DNA of 64,000 nucleotides from Chlamydiales bacterium (GTDB lineage Bacteria; Chlamydiota; Chlamydiia; Chlamydiales; JAAKFR01): NCBI GenBank assembly GCA_020831465.1, contig JAFIGI010000015.1, positions 1,681 to 65,680 of the forward strand, read 5' to 3'. Shown piece by piece: positions 53,656 to 64,000 of this stretch (position 1 is its first letter; each line of letters starts with the position of its first letter). The notes under the pieces were generated by a model. It saw only the letters and a program-made list of their open reading frames with translations, ran no database searches and was not told where the DNA came from. The position numbers and the translations under genes were made by a program.

Positions 53656-55389
53656 ATGTCAAAACACGCAGAATACACTTGGTCAGCAAAAAATATTCTT
53701 GACGACGTTGATTATCAAGAATCCGATGCTGCAACTTTCAAACAGCTTCTTCATGGCGCGAAAGCTGAGGAAGAGGATCAAACCGAGAAAATGGCCCCCG
53801 GAACCATCCTTAAAGGGACGATTGTCGAGATAGGCAAAGATTATGTCGTCGTCGATGTCGGGCTTAAATCAGAAGGTCTCGTTCCTGTTTCCGAATTCAG
53901 CGACCCAAGCGAGCTGGTACTGGACAGTGAAGTAGAAGTCTATCTAGACCGCACTGAAGATGAGAACGGCCAAATCGTTCTCTCCAGAGAGAAAGCAGCT
54001 CGACAGCGCCAGTGGGAATTCATCCTTGAGCACTGCGAAGAGGGTTCGATCGTTAAGGGGAAAATCATCCGTAAAGTAAAAGGGGGCCTTATGGTCGATA
54101 TCGGGATGGAGGCTTTCCTTCCCGGTTCTCAAATCGACAACAAGCGCATCAAAAACCTTGATGAGTACATCGGAAAGACATGCGAATTCAAAATCCTCAA
54201 AATCAACATTGAGCGTAAGAACGTCGTCGTCTCTCGGCGCGAACTCCTAGAAGCCGAGCGCATCTCCAAAAAAGCTGAGCTTCTCGAAGAGATTCAAGTC
54301 GGCGATATCCGCAAAGGGGTCGTTAAAAATATCACCGATTTCGGGGTATTTCTTGATCTTGACGGGATTGACGGGCTTCTACACATCACGGATATGACTT
54401 GGAAGCGCATCAAGCATCCGTCCGAAATGGTCGATTTGGGCGAAGAGCTCGAGGTGATGATCTTGAGCATAGACAAGGATAAAGGACGGGTAGCTCTCGG
54501 GCTCAAGCAAAAGGAGCACAATCCTTGGGACGATATCGAGAAGAAATATCCCCCGGGAACCCGCGTTAATGGAAAAATCGTCAAACTTCTCCCCTATGGA
54601 GCCTTCATCGAAATCGAACCCGGCATCGAAGGGTTGATCCACGTCTCCGAAATGTCTTGGGTGAAAAACGTGACCGACCCGAACGAGGTTGTGAATAAAG
54701 GGGAAGAGGTTGAAGCAATTGTTCTCTCAGTTCAGAAGGACGAGGGGAAGATCTCTCTCGGAATTAAACAGACAGAACACAATCCATGGGACGATATCGA
54801 TAAAAAATACCCCTTGGACGCAAACGTCAGTGCCGAAGTGAAGAGCCTAACCAACTATGGCGCCTTTGTCGAACTCGAGCCCGGTATCGAGGGATTAATC
54901 CATATTTCCGATATGAGCTGGATCAAAAAAGTCTCCCACCCCTCAGAGCTATTTAAAAAGGGCGATCGCGTTGACGCCGTCATCCTTTCGGTAGACAAGG
55001 AGAGCAAAAAGATTACCTTGGGAGTGAAACAATTAAGTCAAAACCCTTGGGAAGAGATCGAAAAGATGATTCCGGTTGGGACCCTTGTTAAAGGCAAAGT
55101 GACCGAAATTAAGGCTTTCGGCGCATTTGTCGAGCTCGACAATGGAATCGAAGGGTTGATCCACGTCACCGAACTTTCCGATCAAGCTTTTGCAAAGGTT
55201 GAAGATGTGATTTCTGTAGGAGATGAGGTTTCAGCTAAGGTGATTAAGTTGGATCCCGAACATAAGAAAGTCTCCCTCTCTATCAAGGAATATCTGATTG
55301 AGCATACGCAAGTGAATCACGATGATATTGTGATCGGTGGAAATGCTGAGAAGGATAGAGAAAGCAATACGGTTGAGGCCAGTGAGTGA
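53656..55389 (+). CDS. rpsA: 30S ribosomal protein S1
   Basis: Six S1 repeats ([11 protein letters not shown]..., [10 protein letters not shown]..., [10 protein letters not shown]..., [10 protein letters not shown]...), 577 aa. Confidence 0.95.
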   Translation: MSKHAEYTWSAKNILDDVDYQESDAATFKQLLHGAKAEEEDQTEKMAPGTILKGTIVEIGKDYVVVDVGLKSEGLVPVSEFSDPSELVLDSEVEVYLDRTEDENGQIVLSREKAARQRQWEFILEHCEEGSIVKGKIIRKVKGGLMVDIGMEAFLPGSQIDNKRIKNLDEYIGKTCEFKILKINIERKNVVVSRRELLEAERISKKAELLEEIQVGDIRKGVVKNITDFGVFLDLDGIDGLLHITDMTWKRIKHPSEMVDLGEELEVMILSIDKDKGRVALGLKQKEHNPWDDIEKKYPPGTRVNGKIVKLLPYGAFIEIEPGIEGLIHVSEMSWVKNVTDPNEVVNKGEEVEAIVLSVQKDEGKISLGIKQTEHNPWDDIDKKYPLDANVSAEVKSLTNYGAFVELEPGIEGLIHISDMSWIKKVSHPSELFKKGDRVDAVILSVDKESKKITLGVKQLSQNPWEEIEKMIPVGTLVKGKVTEIKAFGAFVELDNGIEGLIHVTELSDQAFAKVEDVISVGDEVSAKVIKLDPEHKKVSLSIKEYLIEHTQVNHDDIVIGGNAEKDRESNTVEASE

Positions 55390-55426
55390 GCAACTCTCAG
55401 GCCAGTCGGTTGGCCTGTTGTTACTC

Positions 55427-55460
55427 AAAACCGAAGGGCCGGGCGCTCTTCGGTTTTTTT
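55427..55460 (+). terminator. rho-independent terminator after rpsA
   Basis: Perfect 10-bp stem AAAACCGAAG (55427-55436) / CTTCGGTTTT (55448-55457), an 11-nt GC-rich loop, and a T7 run ending at 55460. Confidence 0.8.
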
Positions 55461-55488
55461 AGATAAAAGTAAAGAGAGTTACATATAA

Positions 55489-56760
55489 ATGAATAAAGAT
55501 CTCGTAGCTATTTTTGAATACATGGAGCGTGAAAAGGGTATCAAACGTGACGTCGTGATTACTGCTATCGAAACAGCCCTCAGAGCCGCCGCACGGAAAA
55601 GCATCAAGGAAGAGGCCAATGTCGCCGTTCAAATCAATCCGAAATCGGGCGATATTGAAGTTTTCTGCGAAAAGGAGATCGTCGACCGCGTCGACCATCC
55701 GGCTAAAGAAATCTCTCTGGCAGCAGCTCAGGAACTCGATCCTGACTGTCAGATCGGGCAATTCATCGATGTTCCGGTTACACCAGAAAACTTCGGGCGA
55801 ATCGCCGCACAGACAGCGCGCCAGATCATCTCGCAAAAGCTACGGGGAGCGGAACGCGATGTCATTTATGAAGAGTACCGCCATAGGATCAACGAAATTA
55901 TTTCGGGCGTCGTGAAACGATTCGCCCGCGGCGCCAATCTTATTGTCGATCTAGGCAAAGTCGAGGCTCTCCTACCGGCCCGCAACTATCCTAAGACAGA
56001 GAAGTACAAAGTAGGCGACCGCATATATGCCCTACTCTATGAAGTGCAAGATCTTGAAAATGGAGGGGCCGAGGTCATTTTATCCCGCAGCCACCCCGAA
56101 TTTGTAAAACAGCTCTTCATGCAGGAAGTCCCTGAACTTGAAGACAGAACGATCCTAATCGAAAAAATTGTGCGCGATGCCGGCTACCGGACCAAGTTAA
56201 CCGTCCGTTCGACAGACATGAAAGTCGATCCTGTCGGAGCGTGCGTTGGGATGCGCGGGAGTCGGGTAAAAAATGTCATACGCGAGCTTAACAACGAGAA
56301 AATTGACATTATTCCTTATAGCCACGATCCTGTTGATCTACTACAAAATATCCTTTCCCCGATTGAAATCCGCAAAATTGGGGTCAACGAGGAAGAAAAT
56401 GTCGTCGCGATTGTTGTCGACGATTCAGACTATGCGGCTGTAATCGGCAAGCGCGGTATGAACGCCCGACTTACGGGTGAATTAATTGGCTATGAGCTTG
56501 AAGTTCAAAGAATGAGCGAATACAATAAGCTCCTCGAAATTCAGCGACTTCAGCTGGCAGAAAGCGACGATCCGGCCCTGGATCAACCTCTAGAAATAGA
56601 AGGGATCAATAAGTTAATCGTAGAAAACCTCGTCCAGTCGGGTTTTGATACGGCAAGAAAGGTCCTATCGGCAAATGTCGACGAGTTAGTGGCAGTTCCG
56701 GGGATCAGCCTAGAGATGGCTTATAAAATATTGGAAGAAGTGAGTAAACGGAGCGAGTAA
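55489..56760 (+). CDS. nusA: transcription termination/antitermination factor NusA
   Basis: N-terminal domain, S1 domain and KH domains ([26 protein letters not shown]), 423 aa. Confidence 0.95.
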   Translation: MNKDLVAIFEYMEREKGIKRDVVITAIETALRAAARKSIKEEANVAVQINPKSGDIEVFCEKEIVDRVDHPAKEISLAAAQELDPDCQIGQFIDVPVTPENFGRIAAQTARQIISQKLRGAERDVIYEEYRHRINEIISGVVKRFARGANLIVDLGKVEALLPARNYPKTEKYKVGDRIYALLYEVQDLENGGAEVILSRSHPEFVKQLFMQEVPELEDRTILIEKIVRDAGYRTKLTVRSTDMKVDPVGACVGMRGSRVKNVIRELNNEKIDIIPYSHDPVDLLQNILSPIEIRKIGVNEEENVVAIVVDDSDYAAVIGKRGMNARLTGELIGYELEVQRMSEYNKLLEIQRLQLAESDDPALDQPLEIEGINKLIVENLVQSGFDTARKVLSANVDELVAVPGISLEMAYKILEEVSKRSE

Positions 56761-56762
56761 GA

Positions 56763-59255
56763 TTGGCTAAAAACCTAAAACTCAAAATTAAGAACACTCA
56801 ACTTGCGAAAGCGGCGGGACTTGATAAATTCAAGGCAAAGCTCTCGGGAGAGAAACAAGAGAAAGAGGCGAAGCCAAAAACGAAAAAAGCGCAGCCTCCA
56901 AAGGAAAAAGCTGTTGAAGCTCCTGTGGAAACAGAAGAGCCGAAGACTCGCCGTATCCGGGCAAAGTCAAAGTCGGCATTTGCAAAAGAAGATCTGCCGT
57001 CACCCAAAGATAATGATGTAGAAGAGAATGAAGAATCTTCTACCTCTGTGGAAGAAGCTGCCGCTACTATGCAAGAGCCCCCTCCCCAAATCGTGGAGGA
57101 AAAAGTTAAAGCTGAAGCCGAGGAAGAGCAGAAAAATCCCGAAAAGCTTGGCCCAACAGGACGCCACATCAAAGATATCCTTCCGGCTAAGAGGGAGAAG
57201 CCCAAGGAGGGCAAGGCCGAAGATACCGCTTCAAAAGGTGGAAAAACCAAGGAAGAACCCTCGAAAAAGAAGGAAGAAAAAGAGGAGTCCGGTGATAAAA
57301 AGATCTTAAAAAAAGGGAAAAAAGTTAGGGATTTCAAAGATCTTAAACCCGCCAAGCGTCAACAGCCCAAATCGTTCGATGCGCGTGACCGTCAAGGATT
57401 GAGCGAAGGAGACGAAGGACGTTGGAGAAAGAAACGTCCCTCTAAGCAGTTTGCCCGGGCAGAAGATCACGAGATTATCCGGCCAACAGAATTAAAAGTG
57501 CGGATTCCTATTACAGTCAAAGAGTTGGCGGCGGAGATGAAGCTAAAGGCCTCCGAGTTGATTCAGAAGCTCTTTTTGCACGGTATGACTTATACGGTCA
57601 ACGATCCGCTTGAGGACGAAACAACAGTCCAATACATTGGCGACGAGTTCGGCTGCAGGATTACGATTGATAGATCTGAAGCTGAGCGTATCCAAATTAC
57701 AGCCCACTCAATCCGCGAAGAGATCGACCAGACCGACCCGGAAAAACTGAAAATTCGACCTCCCGTCGTAGCTTTTATGGGACACGTCGACCATGGGAAG
57801 ACAAGCCTGATAGACTCTATCCGGAAGAGTAACATAGTGGCTGGCGAAGCAGGTGCCATTACCCAGCATATCGGAGCATTCCGCTGCAAAACGCCCGTAG
57901 GAGATCTGACAGTGCTTGATACACCCGGCCACGAAGCCTTTTCGGCAATGCGTGCCCGTGGAGCTGAAGTGACTGATATTGTGGTTCTTGTCGTTGCCGG
58001 GGATGAGGGTCTGCGCGACCAGACCGTGGAAGCGATCCATCATGCTAAAGCTGCCGGTGTTACAATTGTTGTGGCCATCAACAAATGCGACAAGCCAAAT
58101 TTCAATCCCGAGAACGTCTATCGTGAGCTCTCGGAAATCGAGCTTCTCCCTGAAGCATGGGGTGGCGCGACTATTACGGTAAACACCTCAGCCGTTACAG
58201 GCCAAGGAATTTCGGATCTTCTTGAGATGCTAGCCCTTCAGGCTGAGGTTTTGGAGTTGAGAGCAAATCCCGAAGCTCGAGCCCGAGGGACGGTATTGGA
58301 GTCCGAGCTCCATAAAGGGTTAGGGAATGTCACAACTGTCCTCGTGCAAAATGGAACTTTGCACCATGGGGATGCGCTGGTATTCGAGCGTGACTGGGGA
58401 CGCGTTAAAACAATGCACGATGAACACGGGAACTTGTTGAAAGATGCGGGACCCTCGACACCCATAGAGATCACGGGACTATCCGGCCTTCCTTCTGCGG
58501 GAGATCCATTTATCGTTGTCAAAAGCGAAAAAGAGGCGAAGAATATCGTCGAGACTCGTGAGATCGGCCGCGAACAGCGAGCGCTGCAGCAGAGAAAACT
58601 CCCAACACTCGAGAAGTTCCTTCAGGAGGGAAAGGGAGCTAAAAAAATCCTAAAATTGATCCTACGAGCCGATGTTCAAGGTTCTGCGGAAGCATTGAAA
58701 ACCTCCATCCTAAAAATCGAATCGGACAAGGCTGAAGCCGATATCATCTTTATGGGAGTTGGAGAGATTTCAGAATCTGATGTTCAACTGGCCGCTGCTT
58801 CCAACGCGATCATAATCGGATTCCATACGGCGATAGAAAGCCATGCTGAACCTCTGATCAAAGAACTTGGCGTAACAGTCCGCATGTTCGATGTGATTTA
58901 CCATGCAATCGAAGAAGTCAAAGCTCTTATGCTTGGTCTACTCGATAAGATTTCTGAAGAGAAAGAGACCGGAACGGCCGAAGTGAAAGCGACCTTTAAG
59001 TCCTCGCACCTCGGAGTCATTGCAGGATGTATGGTCACCGGTGGTGTAATCCATCGGAACAACAAAGCGCGGATTTTACGCGATGGTCAGGAAGTGTGGA
59101 AAGGAAACATTGCGTCAATCAAGCGGGAAAAAGAGGATGTTAAAGAGATCAAAAAGGGATTCGAATGCGGAATTCTTTTGGAGGGTTTCAGTGACGTTCA
59201 AGTGGATGACGTGATCCAAGCCTATGAAATTATCTTTCGAACTCAAGAGCTGTAG
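56763..59255 (+). CDS. infB: translation initiation factor IF-2
   Basis: TTG start, a K/E-rich N-terminal region, and the G domain [24 protein letters not shown]. Confidence 0.95.
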   Translation: MAKNLKLKIKNTQLAKAAGLDKFKAKLSGEKQEKEAKPKTKKAQPPKEKAVEAPVETEEPKTRRIRAKSKSAFAKEDLPSPKDNDVEENEESSTSVEEAAATMQEPPPQIVEEKVKAEAEEEQKNPEKLGPTGRHIKDILPAKREKPKEGKAEDTASKGGKTKEEPSKKKEEKEESGDKKILKKGKKVRDFKDLKPAKRQQPKSFDARDRQGLSEGDEGRWRKKRPSKQFARAEDHEIIRPTELKVRIPITVKELAAEMKLKASELIQKLFLHGMTYTVNDPLEDETTVQYIGDEFGCRITIDRSEAERIQITAHSIREEIDQTDPEKLKIRPPVVAFMGHVDHGKTSLIDSIRKSNIVAGEAGAITQHIGAFRCKTPVGDLTVLDTPGHEAFSAMRARGAEVTDIVVLVVAGDEGLRDQTVEAIHHAKAAGVTIVVAINKCDKPNFNPENVYRELSEIELLPEAWGGATITVNTSAVTGQGISDLLEMLALQAEVLELRANPEARARGTVLESELHKGLGNVTTVLVQNGTLHHGDALVFERDWGRVKTMHDEHGNLLKDAGPSTPIEITGLSGLPSAGDPFIVVKSEKEAKNIVETREIGREQRALQQRKLPTLEKFLQEGKGAKKILKLILRADVQGSAEALKTSILKIESDKAEADIIFMGVGEISESDVQLAAASNAIIIGFHTAIESHAEPLIKELGVTVRMFDVIYHAIEEVKALMLGLLDKISEEKETGTAEVKATFKSSHLGVIAGCMVTGGVIHRNNKARILRDGQEVWKGNIASIKREKEDVKEIKKGFECGILLEGFSDVQVDDVIQAYEIIFRTQEL

Positions 59256-59258
59256 CCT

Positions 59259-59627
59259 ATGAGTAGTAGAAGAATCGAACGGATCAACTCTCTGCTCAAA
59301 GAGGTCATTTCAGATGTGATTCGCAAAGAGGTAAAAAACCCCCGACTTCCCCAGCTGATTACAGTCACCAATGTAGATGTGACAAAAGATTTGCGACACG
59401 CGAAAGTTTTTGTCAGCGTCATTGGAGAAGAAGCAGTTAAAAATGAAGCGATCGACGTATTGCAATCAGCAGCAGGCTTTATTGGCATCCATGCATCCAA
59501 ACAGGTTGTTATGCGCTACTTCCCTGAGCTGACCTTTGTTTTAGATGACTCAGTTGAGAAGCAGATGCACATCGATCGGTTGATCTCAGATATTCAAGCC
59601 GAACGAGAGATACGCGAACATGAATAG
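59259..59627 (+). CDS. rbfA: ribosome-binding factor A
   Basis: [26 protein letters not shown]...[19 protein letters not shown]. Confidence 0.9.
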   Translation: MSSRRIERINSLLKEVISDVIRKEVKNPRLPQLITVTNVDVTKDLRHAKVFVSVIGEEAVKNEAIDVLQSAAGFIGIHASKQVVMRYFPELTFVLDDSVEKQMHIDRLISDIQAEREIREHE

Positions 59628-60336
59628 TCCTGAAGCTACAGCTCTTATGGAAGGGATTTTGCTTGTCGACAAACCGCAGGGAAGGACTTCATTCAGTTTG
59701 ATTAGGTCTCTACGCCGGCTTACTGGGATCCGCAAAATCGGTCACGCGGGGACGCTCGATCCTTTTGCAACCGGCGTCATGGTCATGTTGATAGGTCGGG
59801 AATATACACGCCTTTCCGATAAGCTCTTATTTCAAGATAAGGAATATATAGCCGAGCTATCGCTAGGTGTAAGTACCGACACCTATGATTGCGACGGAAA
59901 AGTTGTTGCCCGTTCGAAGAAAATCCCTTCATTTGAACAAATAGAAAATGCTCTAGGATATTTTCAGGGAGAAATCGAGCAAATTCCACCCATGTTTTCC
60001 GCGAAAAAGATCGGAGGAAAGAAACTCTATGAACTCGCACGCAATGGAGAAGAGATTGAGCGTACCCCTGCGATCGTCAAAGTCGAAACCTCTCTACTTA
60101 CCTATAATTATCCCAACCTCTGCTTACGTATCGCTTGTTCCAAAGGGACTTATATCCGGAGCATCGCGCACGAGTTAGGACAACGCCTTGGCTGCGGAGC
60201 GCATCTCTCCCAATTGAAACGAACGCGCAGCGGCAGCTTTACAATTGAAGAGTGCCTGGACGGCAAACTCCTCGATGGAGACAATTTCGATATTATACCT
60301 CACTTAAAAGCGCATGAAGACCATCTACAGTCTTGA
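59620..60336 (+). CDS. truB: tRNA pseudouridine(55) synthase
   Basis: [55 protein letters not shown]. Confidence 0.9.
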   Translation: MNSPEATALMEGILLVDKPQGRTSFSLIRSLRRLTGIRKIGHAGTLDPFATGVMVMLIGREYTRLSDKLLFQDKEYIAELSLGVSTDTYDCDGKVVARSKKIPSFEQIENALGYFQGEIEQIPPMFSAKKIGGKKLYELARNGEEIERTPAIVKVETSLLTYNYPNLCLRIACSKGTYIRSIAHELGQRLGCGAHLSQLKRTRSGSFTIEECLDGKLLDGDNFDIIPHLKAHEDHLQS

Positions 60337-61222
60337 GGATTTCACACCGTCGGATAAGGAGATATCCCTAACAATCGGCAACTTTGACGGCGTGCATCTC
60401 GGCCACCAAACTGTTCTATCGACCCTGACCGGGCAAAAAGTCATCTTTTCCTTCTCTAATCATCCTGTGGAAATTTTAAAAAACTCTCCCTCTGACCGCT
60501 TGACGACAACCACTCACCGACTCCGCTTGTTCGAAAACTTTGGGGTCGACACCACAATTTTGGTCCCGTTTACCGAGGCTTTTTCCAAACAGTCGGCAGA
60601 GGAATTTCTTCTCCGTTTGCGCGCTAGGGTTCCCTTTTCCCATCTCGTCTTGGGAGATGACGCCGTCATTGGACATGGGCGTGAAGGCGATAAGGAGTAT
60701 TTGCAGGAGTTGGCCAAGAAAATGGACTATCGTTTGACTTATCTCGAACCGGTTTCTTTAGCGGGAGATAGAGTCTCAAGTAGTCGATTGCGCAACCTAA
60801 TTCATAAAGGGGATTTCAAAAAAGCCGGCGCTCTTCTCGGGCGCCCCTATTCGATCAGAACAGCTGTTGAACCCGGAGATCAGCAAGGCCGCCTCATCGG
60901 TTTCCGGACGGCCAACCTTCAAGTCCATTCCCTCTGCCTTCCCCCGCTGGGCGTCTATGTTGTGAAAGCCGATATTAGAGGAAAACGGCATTTGGGTGTC
61001 GCAAATCTGGGACAAGCTCCCACGCTCCATGCTTACCGCCCGCCTCTTCTTGAAGTCCATTTTCTCGACTTTGAAGAGGACCTCTACGGTCAGGAGCTCG
61101 AGGTCTTCTTTCTCAAATTTTTACGTCATGAGAGACGATTTGAATCCATAGAAGCGTTAAAGGCACAAATCCGAAACGATATCCAATCAGCTCTTGCGTA
61201 CGATGAAAAAGCGGCCCATTAG
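60314..61222 (+). CDS. ribF: bifunctional riboflavin kinase/FAD synthetase
   Basis: [13 protein letters not shown]-terminal FMN adenylyltransferase domain. C-terminal riboflavin kinase domain (GFRTANL...GVANLG...[14 protein letters not shown]). Confidence 0.9.
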   Translation: MKTIYSLEDFTPSDKEISLTIGNFDGVHLGHQTVLSTLTGQKVIFSFSNHPVEILKNSPSDRLTTTTHRLRLFENFGVDTTILVPFTEAFSKQSAEEFLLRLRARVPFSHLVLGDDAVIGHGREGDKEYLQELAKKMDYRLTYLEPVSLAGDRVSSSRLRNLIHKGDFKKAGALLGRPYSIRTAVEPGDQQGRLIGFRTANLQVHSLCLPPLGVYVVKADIRGKRHLGVANLGQAPTLHAYRPPLLEVHFLDFEEDLYGQELEVFFLKFLRHERRFESIEALKAQIRNDIQSALAYDEKAAH

Positions 61223-61942
61223 CTCGAGCAAAGCCCATACCCCGGTAAGTGAAATAAATATGATCGCAAACCAAAGATAAACCGGCACGACAGCAACCTG
61301 AGTAGGTTCTTGTAGAAGATTGAGGAGTGGACCAATTAAGAGCGCGTCATAAGCAAGCAGTGCATATAAAAGCGGATAGCCATTTTCCCAAATCGGTTGA
61401 ATTAGGCTCCAGCCAAAAAAGAGAGAGCTGCCAATCAGAATCCACCCGTAGAGAACGGAGAGTTCCGGATTAAGCAGCCATGGAAAGTGTCCGGGTAGAG
61501 GAACAGTTAGATAGATTCCATTCAGAAGCGCAACTGTGAGAGTAAGTGCGAACAACCATTGGGTAGTCAAAGGGAGGCGGTCGATCTTTCTTTTAGGGAC
61601 TTTCAACCCTAAAAACAAGAACCAGAGAGCGAGAATCGCGATATAAAGGCAAAATTCGCCCGCTTGCATCACACCGGTCATTTGAAGAGAGAGGCGAAGC
61701 AAATAGATACCGGCTCCTCCAAAAGCTGTAATCATGCAAAGCCCCCCGCCGACAAAAGCTTTATAGGTTTGTGTCGCTGCGATCCAAAAGGTAGAGATCG
61801 CAAATGCAGTCAAGGTCGCACCTACAAGGTAAGTGTTCAACCAGGGCCCCGGAAATGGGGGCATCTCCCACATGAAAAGGACCCCTAAAAGCAGGAAAAA
61901 CAGCCCCACGATCACCACAAGCCCGCGAATGATTTGCATCAT
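61187..61942 (-). CDS. polytopic membrane protein (hypothetical)
   Basis: 251 aa with about eight hydrophobic segments. It starts 4 nt after the stop of the upstream acylase gene. Its 3' end overlaps ribF by 36 nt. Confidence 0.5.
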   Translation of the reverse strand: MMQIIRGLVVIVGLFFLLLGVLFMWEMPPFPGPWLNTYLVGATLTAFAISTFWIAATQTYKAFVGGGLCMITAFGGAGIYLLRLSLQMTGVMQAGEFCLYIAILALWFLFLGLKVPKRKIDRLPLTTQWLFALTLTVALLNGIYLTVPLPGHFPWLLNPELSVLYGWILIGSSLFFGWSLIQPIWENGYPLLYALLAYDALLIGPLLNLLQEPTQVAVVPVYLWFAIIFISLTGVWALLELMGRFFIVRKS

Positions 61943-61946
61943 ATCT

Positions 61947-64000
61947 TTACTTTAATTTTTTATATTCAAAGTTTAACCACATTGGAAGATCGCTCACATA
62001 ATATTTGGAGAACCTTCCCTCTGTTGGGCCTCCGCATAAAACGGTAAAGGCTTCCTCTGTTCCCATGTCAGCGATAAAGCGGTAGGAGGCGCCCGCTGCG
62101 ATTCGCCTTTTGTGCTCTCGAAAGGGTATATAAGCGCAAACCGATGCCCGCCCCCCCTCTGCAGGATAGGGCCCTTTCCCAAAAATCTTGGAAAACTTCC
62201 CTTCGAATAACATATGGTCCAAGATCAGCTGGTTTTTTTTCCCCCACGAAGGTAGCTCTGATGAGAAACGGTCTAAATTCTTTTCCAATAGGCGACGAAA
62301 GAGTCTTTCCTTCCCCTCTTCACCAAACCAGCTTTCATCGCCCGTTAGCAAAATCCGGTCAAAATGACCATGTATAAAAACAAGAAGACTATGGCGCCTG
62401 ACAATATTATCCCAAGTTTTCATCCCAAAGACTTTTCCGAAGACCTCCAGGATCAAATCTAGATAAAATGCTTCGAATAAAACAGCCCCTTTCGACTCCT
62501 TGTCATAACGGAAATCCCACTCTTTTAAAATCTTCCCTAAAGGAGTCTCTGGGATTAGACTGCGGATCTGCTCCGTGAACAATTCAGCCTGTAGCGAATA
62601 TAGATCACTCTGGAGGGCTTTCATCCCTTCGATAGTAAACTTTTTGTTGCGAGAGAGTGTCTGATAAATTCGATCGTAACGGTAGGAAGCATAGGGCAGA
62701 TTGATCGATAGGGGCCCATCGGGGGAATTTTTATCATCGTTGGCAGATGCAACAAATCCCCTCTCAGGGTTATATTCGCTCGTGAGTTTTTCTGCCGGAA
62801 CGAACCCCTCCCAAAGAGCCCCTTTTACCCAGGCAGGGAGAGGATGGAGTCCAGAATGGTTCCGATTCGGAAGCCTTCCCGACTGCTGAAAGCCGATGTT
62901 CCCTTCATGATCAGCTAGGACCCAATTGAACGAGAAGGTCGCTTCACGCAAGACCTTTTGTGCCTCTTGCACACTACTGCATCTCCAAAGCTTACTCATT
63001 GCGTTAAGAGTGGGTGAAGCACCTTTAATTTTTCCTGACCAATTAAGAGCGAGGTAGTACCCCTCTTCGATCCGCTTATGTTGAGCAAATTGCCTCTCGA
63101 TCACACCCGCATCGCTTTCATAAAAATATAGACGCGCCTCTCCCTCCTTTTTTCGCTGAATTACCTCTTCACGCGCTTTGGCCCGCATACTCCCTTCGGG
63201 ACGCATGACTTGCCCTTCATGAACTTTTTCGATAAAAAAATCGATCGTATCCATCATACCGTAGGTGACGCCGACACTTAAATTATTCGACCGACCGATC
63301 ACAATTCCGGGAAATCCGGGCGAGGTGGCTCCAAAATGCTTTTCCTCCCCCACGTACGTCGCTACTTCATACCAGATAGAGGGCAAGCGGTTGATCTGCA
63401 AATGGGGATCGTCGCACAAAAAGGCTGAGCCGGTAGATGTCTTAGAAGGAGCAAGGGCCCAGTTGTTGCTCATTCCCGGCATGAATTCCATTTGTTCATC
63501 TAAATAAGGTCGGTCCAACCGACACTCTTTAATGAGAGCAATCAGTTTAGAGTCAAGAGTTTCTAGATGTGGTCGGAAGAGTTCTTTTAGCTTTTCTACA
63601 GAAACACCGTCATGGACAGCCTGTATGATAAAACGTTCCGTCCTCTCCTGTATTTGGGCAAGGCCTAGATACATATGAAGCTTCACGATGAGCATCACAT
63701 CCGAAACTTTCCAAGGATGCAACTTTATTTTAAGAAGCTTGCAAATCAAAGGTGAACCGTGACGCTCTACATAAGAATTGATCCCCTCGCAATAAGCCTC
63801 TATCCATTGAACCGTTTCACCCGATAGATTTGAAAGGTCATTCTCTATATCGTTTCGAAAGCCAAGCTTGCGTATCAAGACATCAAAAGCGAAGGCTTCT
63901 TGACTATCAATGAAAAACTCGCAAATACGTCCTTGTGCCAAGGTATGGAGGATAATAAGTTGCATCAGCCGATCATGCGCATGCGCATACCCGATTCCGC
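61947..64000 (-). CDS. penicillin-acylase-family Ntn hydrolase (5' end beyond the window)
   Basis: The frame stays open upstream of M63965 to the window edge (..GIGYAHAHDRLMQL..). Beta-chain nucleophile motif PGMSNNWALAP. Overall penicillin/AHL acylase pattern. Confidence 0.8.
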   Translation of the reverse strand, partial: GIGYAHAHDRLMQLIILHTLAQGRICEFFIDSQEAFAFDVLIRKLGFRNDIENDLSNLSGETVQWIEAYCEGINSYVERHGSPLICKLLKIKLHPWKVSDVMLIVKLHMYLGLAQIQERTERFIIQAVHDGVSVEKLKELFRPHLETLDSKLIALIKECRLDRPYLDEQMEFMPGMSNNWALAPSKTSTGSAFLCDDPHLQINRLPSIWYEVATYVGEEKHFGATSPGFPGIVIGRSNNLSVGVTYGMMDTIDFFIEKVHEGQVMRPEGSMRAKAREEVIQRKKEGEARLYFYESDAGVIERQFAQHKRIEEGYYLALNWSGKIKGASPTLNAMSKLWRCSSVQEAQKVLREATFSFNWVLADHEGNIGFQQSGRLPNRNHSGLHPLPAWVKGALWEGFVPAEKLTSEYNPERGFVASANDDKNSPDGPLSINLPYASYRYDRIYQTLSRNKKFTIEGMKALQSDLYSLQAELFTEQIRSLIPETPLGKILKEWDFRYDKESKGAVLFEAFYLDLILEVFGKVFGMKTWDNIVRRHSLLVFIHGHFDRILLTGDESWFGEEGKERLFRRLLEKNLDRFSSELPSWGKKNQLILDHMLFEGKFSKIFGKGPYPAEGGRASVCAYIPFREHKRRIAAGASYRFIADMGTEEAFTVLCGGPTEGRFSKYYVSDLPMWLNFEYKKLK

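Noticed and set aside
56880-57340. Repeat array or CRISPR-like periodicity in the infB 5' region
   Set aside because: The periodicity comes from lysine/glutamate codon repetition inside a continuous ORF. There are no direct repeats with unique spacers.
56798-57355. 185-aa ORF antisense to the 5' part of infB
   Set aside because: It is an artefact of the K/E-rich (AAG/GAA) low-complexity region of IF-2. The antisense reads as an F/S-rich stretch free of stops. It has no start context and no protein-like features.

Overview
This 64-kb chromosomal segment looks like it comes from an environmental, amoeba-associated member of the phylum Chlamydiae. That assignment rests on gene content and order, not on a database search. 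The blocks rpsA-nusA-infB-rbfA-truB-ribF, folD-apbE/smpB/dnaN-recF and fbaB(dhnA)-amino-acid permease match my memory of Chlamydia trachomatis CT093-098, CT074-078 and CT215-216. Four ORFs carry the bilobed hydrophobic hairpin typical of Inc proteins.

I can support about 60 protein-coding genes. Most are housekeeping: the translation/transcription block, metNIQ, lolCE/lolD-like, kbl-tdh, ispA-like, folD, apbE, smpB, dnaN, recF, rimO, rpmG and mgtE. There are two tRNAs (Ala-UGC and Ile-GAU), two clear pseudogenes, a few hairpins/terminators and several short repeats. The pseudogenes are an ilvC with a 1-nt frameshift and the internally disrupted transposase of an IS4-family element. That element is 1091 bp long with 25-bp imperfect inverted repeats and a perfect 9-bp target duplication.

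The items most worth a second look:
- A translationally coupled pgmB-otsB-GH65 operon, which could make trehalose without nucleotide sugars.
- A 1392-aa coiled-coil protein with two Inc-like hydrophobic hairpins, in a same-strand gene string with a TPR protein, mgtE and a 2TM gene.
- A 12-13-nt inverted-repeat motif (TATAGCAGAATC) that brackets the 2TM gene and recurs elsewhere in the window.
- A licD gene whose ATG directly abuts the 3' end of tRNA-Ile.
- A secreted DUF4019 protein coupled to a membrane-anchored protein with kinase-like motifs.
- A 24-bp in-frame tandem repeat encoding a Pro/Tyr-rich microprotein.

I saw no CRISPR array, prophage or rRNA. All family assignments come from motif recognition by eye. 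None is backed by a search.
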